This document shows, piece by piece, positions 40,501 to 55,500 of a DNA stretch of 64,000 nt. The notes under the pieces were generated by a model. That model was not told the origin of the DNA, did no database searches, and saw only the letters and a list, made by a program, of their open reading frames with translations. The stretch's first letter is position 1; the number at the start of each line of letters is the position of its first letter. The DNA is from Euprymna scolopes (taxonomy: Eukaryota), in the NCBI GenBank assembly GCA_053919585.1, contig CM132790.1, one strand, 5' to 3'. The position numbers and the translations under genes are program-made.

Positions 40501-43500
40501 AGACTGGATGGCTTCCTCTTAAGTTTCAGCCATTTCCTTAGATATGTGTACATTTGTTTTCCCGTCATGTCTGTTACAGAGCATGGTGTCATCAGCAAAT
40601 ATGGAAATCTCAGAGAAATATGGCATCCCTGTGCCTGTTTTACAAGTACTTTAATGGAAAGTGTTCAGACAGACTCAAATTACTGGGTCTCCTCAGCATA
40701 AATGCCTGCGACAAACCCAACTGGAAATTCAACTTATAAATAGTGCAACAAACAGCAAAATCCCACCCCAACATTGTAAAGATTCCTAGATGCCAGAACT
40801 CCTTCTACTCAAATAGCTTCTTTCAAACTGCTAGACTTATTTCCCTCCCAGGCCCCTGCTTCCATGACTCTATTGATATGTAGAAGTTCAAGTGTAATGT
40901 GAATAGACATTTCGCTACCCAACTCCCTACAGTGTGTCCGTGCAAATTTCGTCCCAAATAGTAGCCCCTTATGTCTTAGTGGTACTGTGCATATTTGGGG
41001 TGAAAAATCAGATAAAAAAGGTTAGTTTCACATAGTGCTAAGATACCTGGGAAATTCGCTAGGAGAAATGATTCTACATAGTTTAAGTTTAAATAATTTC
41101 AACTGTTACCCTGAAAAAATACTGAATCAATATGCACAGTTAAATGTTTTAGGTTATTGCTTTCATAAAATTACTTAGTATTTTGTACCATCTTCAAATA
41201 TAATAAAAGTGAAGTGATTATATGCAAGAGAATGTTGGAGCAAACTTCAGAAATAATTAAATTTTAATATTTGTTAAAATTTGCGTTTAATTTTAAAAAA
41301 AGGTAATGTAGTAATATTCATTCTGACGTGACAGATTTGTTTTGACAATTAGGAATTTACATTGAAATTGAAGAAATAATGCACACTTGCATCGTTGACT
41401 TATTGTGTCAAAATAATAAAGAGTCATATAGGTAGGGACTCTTGCATGCCACACATTTTAAAGCCTTTTACCTGTATTTTTTGTTCAAAAGGAGACACAA
41501 AAAATCCAGGCAGTGCTGTTTTAATCTCAAAATGTAAGCGACTCCAGTTGATGGAGAGTGATAGTTCTGGGCCAGATAGTGGTTAGATATTTCAAATGGG
41601 AAAATCAGGATTTGAAAGAAAAATATTTCAATCACTTGGGCTTAAATATGATACTCCGTTCTCTCCCTCCCTCTTTCTATCTTTCTCTATCTCGGTCGTG
41701 TTTTGCCTAAAAGTGAAGAATTGTAAATTAGTTAGCGTTTAGATGCACCTCGTGATGGTGTGGTCACTAGCTAAGCACAAAGTTCGAGCTCAGAGTAAAT
41801 AATCGTTCTTACATGCTTAAAAAAATTTCTAAATATATAAGAAAATGTATGTTGCTCATTTTATATAGCATTTGATGACAGAAGATTTGGCATTTTAGAA
41901 ATAACGAAAACAGAGACCTCAGAAAAATCCCAACAAAACGCAGGTGGCATAATGTAAATGATTTTGATTAAAGATGATGTGCCTATCAACTTTAAGTGAT
42001 AAATGTAGGGAGCTGGGCGTAACATCAGTAGAAATATCAAGAACATACCAAGCTTACCCTCCAGCAGCAAACTATCGGGTTATATTGGGCTGATAATACT
42101 CTGCATTTTAAATCCAACACAATGAGGGATTTGTGTTTAATAAAGGAAACGTTATTACTCACTTGTTTCTTTGATACAAAGTTTAACAGAAGTTTTCACT
42201 ACAACAGGAAACTGAGGATTTCTAGGAATAATTGTAATTCTCAGTACTGTTTCATCTGTACCAGCTGGAATGTTGACAGGTTTGTTATAATTTGCTGTGA
42301 CCTTAGTTGGTGTAGGTATTAATCTTGCTGGAGTAGTTTCTGCCAGAGGTACACCTGTAGTCACTTTCTGTAGAAAACACAGTAATAATGTACAATTATA
42401 AGAAGTCAATATAAAATATAAAGTAAAACACAGGTGACGATGTAAAATAGCGTTTACTTTCGGTTTCAATCAGCCAAGTGAAATACACGTTTGACGTGAC
42501 ATTGAGTAAACTAAAAAACAATAAGGTAACAGAATTTTTCATGCCATACTTGCGTTAAACTAAGAACGTAATAAATGTGCTATGTACGTTAGGAGATGTA
42601 AAAATTTACCTGTGTAGTTGTCAGAAATTCAACAAGGTATTTTTGAACATTATCTGTATCGATAAGCTGAATTACACCGCCACCTGTCATCGAATCTCCA
42701 ACCGTGATTGTGACCACTCTGTCTTGTTGTGTATATGTTAACCATCCAGTACCACTTGGTCTGATGTCTCCGGGATTTCCACTCGGTTCCAATGTAATAG
42801 CACTATCAGGCAATACAATATCATCATCCATCCCTTCCAAAAGTGTACACGTCACTATGAGGAAAGAGTTAAGCAAAAATTAAAATCGTCAAAAGCTGGT
42901 AGTTTTGTCAATTTGTCTATTGAGAATTTTGACTTGGAACATGCACATTGAGAAAAATAGATAAGAGAAACTTGAAAAATGCCGTATAAGCTGTGAGAAT
43001 ATATTTGATTATATCAACAAGTATATACTTTTGATTTAATTTAGTGAACTTATTACAAACTGAAAAATTTTTCTAAAATTGCAAAGTTAGGTCCTTTTAG
43101 ACTTTATGAAAATAACATATATTTGTGCTTTAGATAACAGATAAATTATGAGCTAAAAAAAGAAATAGATGTTTATGCCTAGAAAATAGAGATGTATGTG
43201 TGCAGAAATATATTATTCAAAATATATATATGGTGGTTGTGTGGTTGTATTAAGTTTGGTATATTCAAAAAAATAAACATATAATATTGAAATGTAAATT
43301 ATATGAGTTTAATATATACATGGTTTATCAATATACACAGTTTGAAGTGAAAAGTTATTGCTCTCAGGAATTTCATTAGTATCTTTATATTACCCTCAAA
43401 TATAAAAATCTGCTGTGATATATGCTAGGGTATATTTAAGAAAATTTCAAAATAATTACATTTAAATATTCATCTAATTTAGTGTTCAATTTTTGTAAGA

Positions 43501-46500
43501 TAAACATAGTTATTTCCAGTTCTACATAGCAACTAGCATATTCTTTTGATTTAATTTAGTGAAATTATTAATAAAAATGAAGATTAATTTCTAAAATTGC
43601 AAATTTAGATCCTTTTAGAGTTTATGACAGTGACATATACTTTAGCATCAGTGGCAAAAACAGATAAATTATAGGCTAAAAACGAAATAGATGTTTATGC
43701 ATATAAACAGAGAGACATGTGTGTAGAGACATAGGAAATTGGAATATATACCTGGTGGTTGTGTTGTTACCGTAGGAGATGGTGGTGGAACACCTGCAGT
43801 TGTCGTTGTAGCACCTGGTGCTGGTGTTGACCTTGCTGGTACTGATGTAGTTACACCTGGTCCTGGTGTTGATATAGCTGCAAAATATTTTTATATTAAG
43901 CATATTAACAGTGATTCTTATTAGAAAAGTCAATTGACGGCTTATGCTGAAGTCATCTTAACAAGAAATTGAACCTTAGAGAAACTTGTAATTAGTGTCT
44001 CATGACTAAAAAAGAAATCAAATGCAGGTGTAGAATATATGAATTTACAAAGTGAAGGTATAGTTACATGTATCTGTATACTTTCTTAAAATACTCCTAA
44101 ATAAAATTAAATTTGGCAAACATTTATTATTGATGTCTAATCATTATTGTTAAATCTGAAAAAAAACTGAAATTTGGAAAATATTTATTATTGATGTCTA
44201 ATCCTTATTGGTAAAATCTGACAAAAATCACAGATATCCAAATTTAAACAATGACATCCTTGCCTTTTCTTTTGTGCTTTACACAAAATTCGATTGAACT
44301 AACGGTTAAATTCATTGCAGAAACTTATGACTTGAAACTTATTTCAAATTATATAATGACTAATTTCTTAATAACGATTCATGGAAAATGCACAAATGTA
44401 CACAGATGTATGCATATGTAAATATCAATATCTATGCATATGAGAATCCATGAGATTTTGGAAATTCAACTTATAAATACTGCAAAAGTTTAAAGTTCGT
44501 TATATTAAAAAAAATATAACACTGAAATGTAAATTAATATGTTTAATATATATATATGGTTTATCAATATACACAGTTTGAAATTAAAAGCTGTTGCTGT
44601 GAGGAATTTCATTAGTATCTTTATATTACCCTCAAATATAAAAATCTGCTGTGATATATCCTAGGGAATATTGAAGAAAATTAAAAAAAATATATATATT
44701 TAAATATTCATCTAATGTAGTGTTAAATTTTTATAAGATAAACGTAGTTATTTTCACTTCTATATAGCAACAAGCATATTCTTTTGATTTAATTTAGTGA
44801 AATTATCCAAAAAATGAAGATAAATTTCTAAAATTGCAAAGTTAGATCCTTTTAGATTTTATGAAATTAACGTATGCTTTGGCTTCCGTGGAAAAAACAG
44901 GTAAATTATAGGCTAGAAACGAAATAGATGTTTATGCATATAAACAGAGAGAAATGTGTGCAGAAACATAGGAATTGAAATATATACCTGGTGGTTGTGT
45001 GGTTGCACCAGGAGCTGGCGTTGTGAAAACTGGAGGTTTTATTGTTGACATAGAAGGTGGCGTTGGCATACCTTCAGCTGTCGTTGTGGCACCTGGTGCT
45101 GGTGTTGACCTTGCTGGTACTGATGTAGTTACACCTGGTCCTGGTGTTGATATAGCTGAAAAATATTTTTATATTAAGCATATTAACAGTGATTCTTATT
45201 AGAAAAGTCAATTAATAGCTTATGCTGCAGTCATCTTAACAAGAAATTGAACCTCAGAGAAATATGTAATTAGTGTCTCATGACTAAAATAGAAATCAAA
45301 TGCAGGTGTAGAATATATGAATTTACAAAGTGAACGTATAGCTACATGTATCTGTATACTTCCTTAATATACTCCTAAATAAATATTTATTATTCATGTC
45401 TAATCCTTATTGTTAAAATCTGACAAAAATCACAGATATCCACATTTAAATAATGACATCCTTGCATTATTTTTTGCTTTTCACAAAATTCGATTGAACT
45501 AACGCTTAAATTCATTACAGAAACTTATGCCTTGCAACTTATTTCAAATTATATAATAATTAATTACTTAATAACGATTCATGGAAAATGCACAAATGTA
45601 TACATCATATGTATATGCATATGTAAATATCAATATCTATGCATATGAGAATCCAGAAGATTTTGGAAATTCAAATTATAAATAGTTCAAAGGTATTTAG
45701 TTTGGTATATTAAAAAAAATATAAAGATAACACTGAAATGTAAATTAATGAGTTTAATATATACATGGTTTATCAATATACACAGTTTGAAGTGTAAAGT
45801 TATTGCTCTCAGGAATTTCATTAGTATCTTTATATTACCCTCAAATATAAAAATCTGCTGTGATATATGCTAGGGAATATTGAAGAAAATTTTAAAAGAA
45901 ATATATATTTAAATAGTCATCTAATTTAGTGTTCAATTTTTGTAAAATAAACGTAGTTATTTACAGTTCCACATAGCAACAAGCATATTCTTTTGATTTA
46001 ATTTAGTGCAATTATTAAAAAAATGAATATTAATTTCTAAAATTGCAAAGTTAGATCCCTTTAGAGTTTATGAAATTAACATATACATTTGCATCAGTGG
46101 CAAAAACAGGTAAATTATAGGCAACAAACGAAATAGATGTTTAGGCATATACAGAGAGAGAGACATGTGTGCAGAAACATAGGAATTGAAATATATACCT
46201 GGTGGTTGTGTGGTTGCACCAGGAGCTGACGTTGAGATACCTGGAGGTTGTGTTGTTACGCTAGGAGATGGTGGTGGAACACCTGCAGTTGTCCTTGTGG
46301 CACCTGGTGCTGGTGTTGACCTTGCTGGTACTGATGTAGTTACACCTGGTCCTGGTGTTGATATAGCTGAAAGATATTTTTATATTAAGCATATTAACAG
46401 TGATTCTTATTAGAAAAGTTAATTGATGGCTTATGCTGAAGTGGTCTTCACAAGAAATTGAAACTCAGAGAAACTTGTAATTAGTGTCTAATGACAAAAA

Positions 46501-49500
46501 AAGAAATCAAATGCAGGTGTAGAATATATGAATTTACAAATTGAAGGTATAGCTACTTGTGTCTGTGTACTTCCTGAAAATACTCCCAAATAAAATGAAA
46601 TTTGGCAAACATTGATTATTGATGTCTAATCCTTATTGGTAAAATCTGACAAAAATCACAGATATCCAAATTTAAACAATGACATCCTTGCCTTTTCTTT
46701 TGTGCTTTACACAAAATTCGATTGAACTAACGGTTAAATTCATTGCAGAAACTTATGACTTGAAACTTATTTCAAATTATATAATGACTAATTTCTTAAT
46801 AACGATTCATGGAAAATGTACAAATGTAAACAGATGTATGCATATGTAAATATCAATATCTATGCATATGAGAATCCATGAGATTTTGGAAATTCAACTT
46901 ATAAATACTGCAAAAGTTTAAAGTTCGTTATATTAAAAAAAATATAACACTGAAATGTAAATTAATATCTTTATATATATATATGGTTTATCAATATACA
47001 CAGTTTGAAATTAAAAGCTGTTGCTCTGAGGAATTTCATTAGTATCTTTATATTACCCTCAAATATAAAAATCTGCTGTGATATATCCTAGGAGATATTG
47101 AAGAAAATTAAAAAAAAATATATATTTAAATATTCATCTAATGTTGTGTTAAATTTTTATAAGATAAACGTAGTTATTTTCACTTCTATATAGCAACAAG
47201 CATATTCTTTTGATTTAATTTAGTGAAATTATCCAAAAAATGAAGATAAATTTCTAAAATTGCAAAGTTAGATCCTTTTAGATTTTATGAAATTAACGTA
47301 TGCTTTGGCTTCCGTGGCAAAAACAGGTAAATTATAGGCTAGAAACGAAATAGATGTTTATGCATATAAACAGAGAGAAATGTGTGCAGAAACATAGGAA
47401 TTGAAATATATACCTGGTGGTTGTGTGGTTGCACCAGGAGCTGGCGTTGTGAAAACTGGAGGTTTTATTGTTGACATAGAAGGTGGCGTTGGCATACCTT
47501 CAGCTGTCGTTGTGGCACCTGGTGCTGGTGTTGACCTTGCTGGTACTGATGTAGTTACACCTGGTCCTGGTGTTGATATAGCTGAAAAATATTTTTATAT
47601 TAAGCATATTAACAGTGATTCTTATTAGAAAATCAATTAACAGCTTATGCTGAACACTATCTAAGAACACTGCCGAATACATAAAGTGAATTTGTGTGAA
47701 ATTTCATAAAAATCGATCCTGACACAGATAAAGTTGATTTTATATAATAGTAGAGAAACATATATTTTATATATGTGACAATATTCAAGTAAATTAATTT
47801 TTGTTATATAAAATGCTTCTTTAATAATTACTAACGGTATCTTTATGGTGTTGTCCGAGATTTAGTTGCATTATTTTAACTTTTAGTTTGTTTGCAAATA
47901 TCTAAATTGGAAGTAAACAGATTCTATTTAATTTTTCAATTTTAGAAAATACTTTTTCCGTTTCTTAATTCATATTTGCTATTGATAAGCTAACATTTTA
48001 TATAATCATTTGTATGATCTGTATAAGTAAGTTTTCAAATAGCTATGTACGTTATTTTATTGCCCCGGACATGAAAAACAATAAGCATGAAAATTATCAA
48101 TGAAAAGGTAAGTCAACATTTGCTTCATAAATTATAGTCGAGTCTGACTTTAAAAATCCGACAATGCAACTTTATATGTTGGATAAACCCAGAATGATTA
48201 AATTGAATCATCACATCTGCAAAAATCATTTGGATGGGAAATTAACATGGTTAACTGTTGTAGGGGCTTATCTGTTGGTCAATAATGGACTCTTCCTACT
48301 ATAAAGACTGGGAGAATGTGCCTCTTGACGTTATAAACAACTGTTGTAGTGTACGCCTTATGGAGAAAAATAAACTCTTATTATAAAGACCGGAACATTA
48401 AACCTTTCAGTATTATGCACAAGTCATGCACACTTGGTAATCAGGCTGCTGATTACAAAAGTTTGAAATCTTTGCTTTTCCTATCAAAGTCGCACCAACA
48501 ATTTTCCAGCAAGTTATGGACACTTTGTTGGAGGAACTTCATTTTTACGATCGCTTACTGACATGAAATCTTAATAAATAGTAAAAGTATTGAAACGCTG
48601 GAAACATGCCCAAAGTGTGTTTTCACAAATATGGGACTATGGGCTCAAAATAAAAATAAGAAGAATGTGATTTCTTCATGAAAGAACTCAAATATCTGGG
48701 TCATATCATAGATAAAGACGACAGGTGGCCAGATTCTGAATGGACCACTACAATTAAAGAGATGTCATCTATTAAAAGGTTACGTCTATGAAGAGTTTCC
48801 TGAGATTAGAAAATTATTACCAAGCATTTATTCCACACAGTTCTCCATCTTTTACTGAAAAACTTTATAAAAATAAGGGTTGGAAATTGACACTCATTGT
48901 TCAAGAATACATGTGAACTTTGATGGACCGTAAGAAGAGTTCTGCTATCTTATTATAGTAGATAGTTACATAAAATTGCTAGAATGATTTAGATGTATGG
49001 AAAACATTACATAGGAAATGATAAACCTCTGGCATGAATTGTTGGTCTGATTTGGGGTTTGATCAATGATTGATAACAGAACTCAATTAACGTTGACTGA
49101 TTTTGAAGTGCTGTGTAACAATTTCCAAATAAAACACATTAGCACCTCTCTGTACCATCCCTGTTAAAACGGCCAGGCAAAGCGTTTTGATCGACACCCT
49201 AAAAAAACTCCTAAAACATTGCGGCACGCCTAGAGAAAAGGCCTTAAAGCAATTTTTATGAGTGTATAGGATGATACTAAGCACAAAGATAAATCTTCAT
49301 TATATCCAGCAGAATTGGTGTTTGCTCGAAAAATGAAGATCAGTATTTTAAAAAATTGCTGCCTAAACAAAACATGGGCGAACATCTAAAGTACCAAAGA
49401 ATCAGTACATTCCAGGTGAAAAGATGTTTTTTAAGATATGTAAAACAATACATTCTTTTGAGTATATGTTACTATAGAAAAGAATATCGGAAATATAGTC

Positions 49501-52500
49501 TACATAATCTGAGGCTCTCAGTAATCAAATTAGAAAGCAGCTCTTAGATGAAACTTACAGTACGTTACAGGAACATGTAGCAATAGATGCCATTTATGAC
49601 ACCTTAGACCTGGAAATATTTAAAACAGCCCCAGAAGAGCAACACTCCTAAAGAAAAACAAAAGTTGTTAGACCTTATCAGGATCAACCCAAAGAGAAAA
49701 TGATACCGAGACTCCTGCAAAGTTAAGGTCTGGGAGGGAGGTTGTTGTAGTGCTCATCTTACAAATAATAATGAATGCTTCCTATTACTATAAAGACGTG
49801 AAGAACTTACCTTACAGCGTTATGCACAAAGTACGCATACATGGCAGTTGGACTGATGTATAACCATTCTTTTTATTTGTTTTATTTATTTTCCTGTTTA
49901 GTATATTTTGTTTCAAGTAAATCTAAAATTGTGTCTTTCTTTATGACCCTTCTTGTGTACAACAATAACTGAATATGTTATGCTTAATCTTATGTCAAAG
50001 AGAATATCAGTATGTCACTGAAATGCAATGGGTAAACTTAGTCGCGATTGCTATATAATATGATAAATTAAAGTAAATAATATTATGTTTGGCATATGAT
50101 AACGATGAAAAGATAATTTTTTATTAGTATCGAACATTATTATGCAGCAAATACAATGTTTAAACGGAATTCTTCTATGGACATGCATAGAAAAGCATAC
50201 AAATATACACAGACATATGCATATTTAAATATCAACATCTATGCATATACAAATATATGAGAATTTGGAAATACAAGATATATACTGCAAAACCTTCAAA
50301 CTTTTTTTATTTTTCAAATAACTTTTTTTATACTGCTTTTTCACCCTAAACGAGGCACAATACCACTTGGGCCTAACGGGCTACTATGTAGGATCAAATT
50401 TGCAAGGATACTAAATAGGGAGTTGAGCAGCAGAATGTCTGTTCATATTACATTTGAACTTCTGCATGTCATTACAGTCAGGATAGCAGGAACTCGAGAG
50501 GGAATTTCCAAATATAACCGTTTGGGAAAAGAAATTATTTGAGTAGAAGGCTTTTTAGCATCTATGAATGTTTATAGTTTAAGAGTGGGATTTTTCTGCT
50601 TGTTGGGTTAGTCAAGAGTATTTACATCGATTGCTAAATATGCTTGCAGTTTGCCAGAGCATTTTCTATTAAAATACTTGTAAAATAGGCACATGGAGGC
50701 AATATTGAGGCAGTGAGACAGAGGTTAGAATTTGGTTGACAGTGCAGGACCTATTAGGTTGGCGACTCTATTTTGAACCCTGTATAGGAGTGAGAAAATA
50801 GTAGCAGATTAACTATCCCAGATGTGACAACAATACTCCATGCATAAGCGAATGGTGGCCTTGTAGAAGTACAGGATACTCTCGGACATGAGTAATTTTC
50901 TAGCATGATAGAGAGAGCTCATCTTCTTCCCAGCAGCTTGGCAATGCCCTCAATATATGTGCTCTAATTCATGTTCCCTGTGAACATTTAACCAAGGAAT
51001 TTGAATGAAAAGATTTCAGGTAGCGCATCATTAGTCATGGCTATAAGTGGCTGAAAAGATTTCTTGTAATTATTAAAGGAAATAAGCTTAGTCTTAGCAG
51101 CATTGAATGTTACCATCCATTTATGACTTTGGTCCACCACAGACTGGATGGCTTCCTCTTAAGTTTCAGCCATTTCCTTAGATATGTGTACATTTGTTTT
51201 CCCGTCATGTCTGTTACAGAGCATGGTGTCATCAGCAAATATGGAAATCTCAGAGAAATATGGCATCCCTGTGCCTGTTTTACAAGTACTTTAATGGAAA
51301 GTGTTCAGACAGACTCAAATTACTGGGTCTCCTCAGCATAAATGCCTGCGACAAACCCAACTGGAAATTCAACTTATAAATAGTGCAACAAACAGCAAAA
51401 TCCCACCCCAACATTGTAAAGATTCCTAGATGCCAGAACTCCTTCTACTCAAATAGCTTCTTTCAAACTGCTAGACTTATTTCCCTCCCAGGCCCCTGCT
51501 TCCCTGACTCTATTGATATGTAGAAGTTCAAGTGTAATGTGAATAGACATTTCGCTACCCAACTCCCTACAGTGTGTCCGTGCAAATTTCGTCCCAAATA
51601 GTAGCCCCTTATGTCTTAGTGGTACTGTGCATATTTGGGGTGAAAAATCAGATAAAAAAGGTTAGTTTCACATAGTGCTAAGATACCTGGGAAATTCGCT
51701 AGGAGAAATGATTCTACATAGTTTAAGTTTAAATAATTTCAACTGTTACCCTGAAAAAATACTGAATCAATATGCACAGTTAAATGTTTTAGGTTATTGC
51801 TTTCATAAAATTACTTAGTATTTTGTACCATCTTCAAATATAATAAAAGTGAAGTGATTATATGCAAGAGAATGTTGGAGCAAACTTCAGAAATAATTAA
51901 ATTTTAATATTTGTTAAAATTTGCGTTTAATTTTAAAAAAAGGTAATGTAGTAATATTCATTCTGACGTGACAGATTTGTTTTGACAATTAGGAATTTAC
52001 ATTGAAATTGAAGAAATAATGCACACTTGCATCGTTGACTTATTGTGTCAAAATAATAAAGAGTCATATAGGTAGGGACTCTTGCATGCCACACATTTTA
52101 AAGCCTTTTACCTGTATTTTTTGTTCAAAAGGAGACACAAAAAATCCAGGCAGTGCTGTTTTAATCTCAAAATGTAAGCGACTCCAGTTGATGGAGAGTG
52201 ATAGTTCTGGGCCAGATAGTGGTTAGATATTTCAAATGGGAAAATCAGGATTTGAAAGAAAAATATTTCAATCACTTGGGCTTAAATATGATACTCCGTT
52301 CTCTCCCTCCCTCTTTCTATCTTTCTCTATCTCGGTCGTGTTTTGCCTAAAAGTGAAGAATTGTAAATTAGTTAGCGTTTAGATGCACCTCGTGATGGTG
52401 TGGTCACTAGCTAAGCACAAAGTTCGAGCTCAGAGTAAATAATCGTTCTTACATGCTTAAAAAAATTTCTAAATATATAAGAAAATGTATGTTGCTCATT

Positions 52501-55500
52501 TTATATAGTATTTGATGACAGAAGATTTGGCATTTTAGAAATAACGAAAACAGAGACCTCAGAAAAATCCCAACAAAACGCAGGTGGCATAATGTAAATG
52601 ATTTTGATTAAAGATGATGTGCCTATCAACTTTAAGTGATAAATGTAGGGAGCTGGGCGTAACATCAGTAGAAATATCAAGAACATACCAAGCTTACCCT
52701 CCAGCAGCAAACTATCGGGTTATATTGGGCTGATAATACTCTGCATTTTAAATCCAACACAATGAGGGATTTGTGTTTAATAAAGGAAACGTTATTACTC
52801 ACTTGTTTCTTTGATACAAAGTTTAACAGAAGTTTTCACTACAACAGGAAACTGAGGATTTCTAGGAATAATTGTAATTCTCAGTACTGTTTCATCTGTA
52901 CCAGCTGGAATGTTGACAGGTTTGTTATAATTTGCTGTGACCTTAGTTGGTGTAGGTATTAATCTTGCTGGAGTAGTTTCTGCCAGAGGTACACCTGTAG
53001 TCACTTTCTGTAGAAAACACAGTAATAATGTACAATTATAAGAAGTCAATATAAAATATAAAGTAAAACACAGGTGACGATGTAAAATAGCGTTTACTTT
53101 CGGTTTCAATCAGCCAAGTGAAATACACGTTTGACGTGACATTGAGTAAACTAAAAAACAATAAGGTAACAGAATTTTTCATGCCATACTTGCGTTAAAC
53201 TAAGAACGTAATAAATGTGCTATGTACGTTAGGAGATGTAAAAATTTACCTGTGTAGTTGTCAGAAATTCAACAAGGTATTTTTGAACATTATCTGTATC
53301 GATAAGCTGAATTACACCGCCACCTGTCATCGAATCTCCAACCGTGATTGTGACCACTCTGTCTTGTTGTGTATATGTTAACCATCCAGTACCACTTGGT
53401 CTGATGTCTCCGGGATTTCCACTCGGTTCCAATGTAATAGCACTATCAGGCAATACAATATCATCATCCATCCCTTCCAAAAGTGTACACGTCACTATGA
53501 GGAAAGAGTTAAGCAAAAATTAAAATCGTCAAAAGCTGGTAGTTTTGTCAATTTGTCTATTGAGAATTTTGACTTGGAACATGCACATTGAGAAAAATAG
53601 ATAAGAGAAACTTGAAAAATGCCGTATAAGCTGTGAGAATATATTTGATTATATCAACAAGTATATACTTTTGATTTAATTTAGTGAACTTATTACAAAC
53701 TGAAAAATTTTTCTAAAATTGCAAAGTTAGGTCCTTTTAGACTTTATGAAAATAACATATATTTGTGCTTTAGATAACAGATAAATTATGAGCTAAAAAA
53801 AGAAATAGATGTTTATGCCTAGAAAATAGAGATGTATGTGTGCAGAAATATATTATTCAAAATATATATATGGTGGTTGTGTGGTTGTATTAAGTTTGGT
53901 ATATTCAAAAAAATAAACATATAATATTGAAATGTAAATTATATGAGTTTAATATATACATGGTTTATCAATATACACAGTTTGAAGTGAAAAGTTATTG
54001 CTCTCAGGAATTTCATTAGTATCTTTATATTACCCTCAAATATAAAAATCTGCTGTGATATATGCTAGGGTATATTTAAGAAAATTTCAAAATAATTACA
54101 TTTAAATATTCATCTAATTTAGTGTTCAATTTTTGTAAGATAAACATAGTTATTTCCAGTTCTACATAGCAACTAGCATATTCTTTTGATTTAATTTAGT
54201 GAGATTATTAATAAAAATGAAGATTAATTTCTAAAATTGCAAATTTAGATCCTTTTAGAGTTTATGAAAGTGACATATACTTTAGCATCAGTGGCAAAAA
54301 CAGATAAATTATAGGCTAAAAACGAAATAGATGTTTATGCATATAAACAGAGAGACATGTGTGTAGAGACATAGGAATTGGAATATATACCTGGTGGTTG
54401 TGTTGTTACCGTAGGAGATGGTGGTGGAACACCTGCAGTTGTCGTTGTGGCACCTGGTGCTGGTGTTGACCTTGCTGGTACTGATGTAGTTACACCTGGT
54501 CCTGGTGTTGATATAGCTGAAAGATATTTTTATATTAAGCATATTAACAGTGATTCTTATTAGAAAAGTCAATTGACGGCTTATGCTGAAGTCATCTTAA
54601 CAAGAAATTGAACCTTAGAGAAACTTGTAATTAGTGTCTCATGACTAAAAAAGAAATCAAATGCAGGTGTAGAATATATGAATTTACAAAGTGAAGGTAT
54701 AGTTACATGTATCTGTATACTTTCTTAAAATACTCCTAAATAAAATTAAATTTGGTAAACATTTATTATTGATGTCTAATCATTATTGTTAAATCTGAAA
54801 AAAAAACTGAAATTTTGAAAATATTTATTATTGATGTCTAATCCTTATTGGTAAAATCTGACAAAAATCACAGATATCCAAATTTAAACAATGACATCCT
54901 TGCCTTTTCTTTTGTGCTTTACACAAAATTCGATTGAACTAACGGTTAAATTCATTGCAGAAACTTATGACTTGAAACGTATTTCAAATTATATAATGAC
55001 TAATTTCTTAATAACGATTCATGGAAAATGCACAAATGTACACAGATGTATGCATATGTAAATATCAATATCTATGCATATGAGAATCCATGAGATTTTG
55101 GAAATTCAACTTATAAATACTGCAAAAGTTTAAAGTTCGTTATATTAAAAAAAATATAACACTGAAATGTAAATTAATGTGTTTAATATATATATATGGT
55201 TTATCAATATACACAGTTTGAAATTAAAAGCTGTTGCTCTGAGGAATTTCATTAGTATCTTTATATTACCCTCAAATATAAAAATCTGCTGTGATATATC
55301 CTAGGGAATATTGAAGAAAATTAAAAAAAAATATATATTTAAATATTCATCTAATGTAGTGTTAAATTTTTATAAGATAAACGTAGTTATTTTCACTTCT
55401 ATATAGCAACAAGCATATTCTTTTGATTTAATTTAGTGAAATTATCCAAAAAATGAAGATAAATTTCTAAAATTGCAAAGTTAGATCCTTTTAGATTTTA

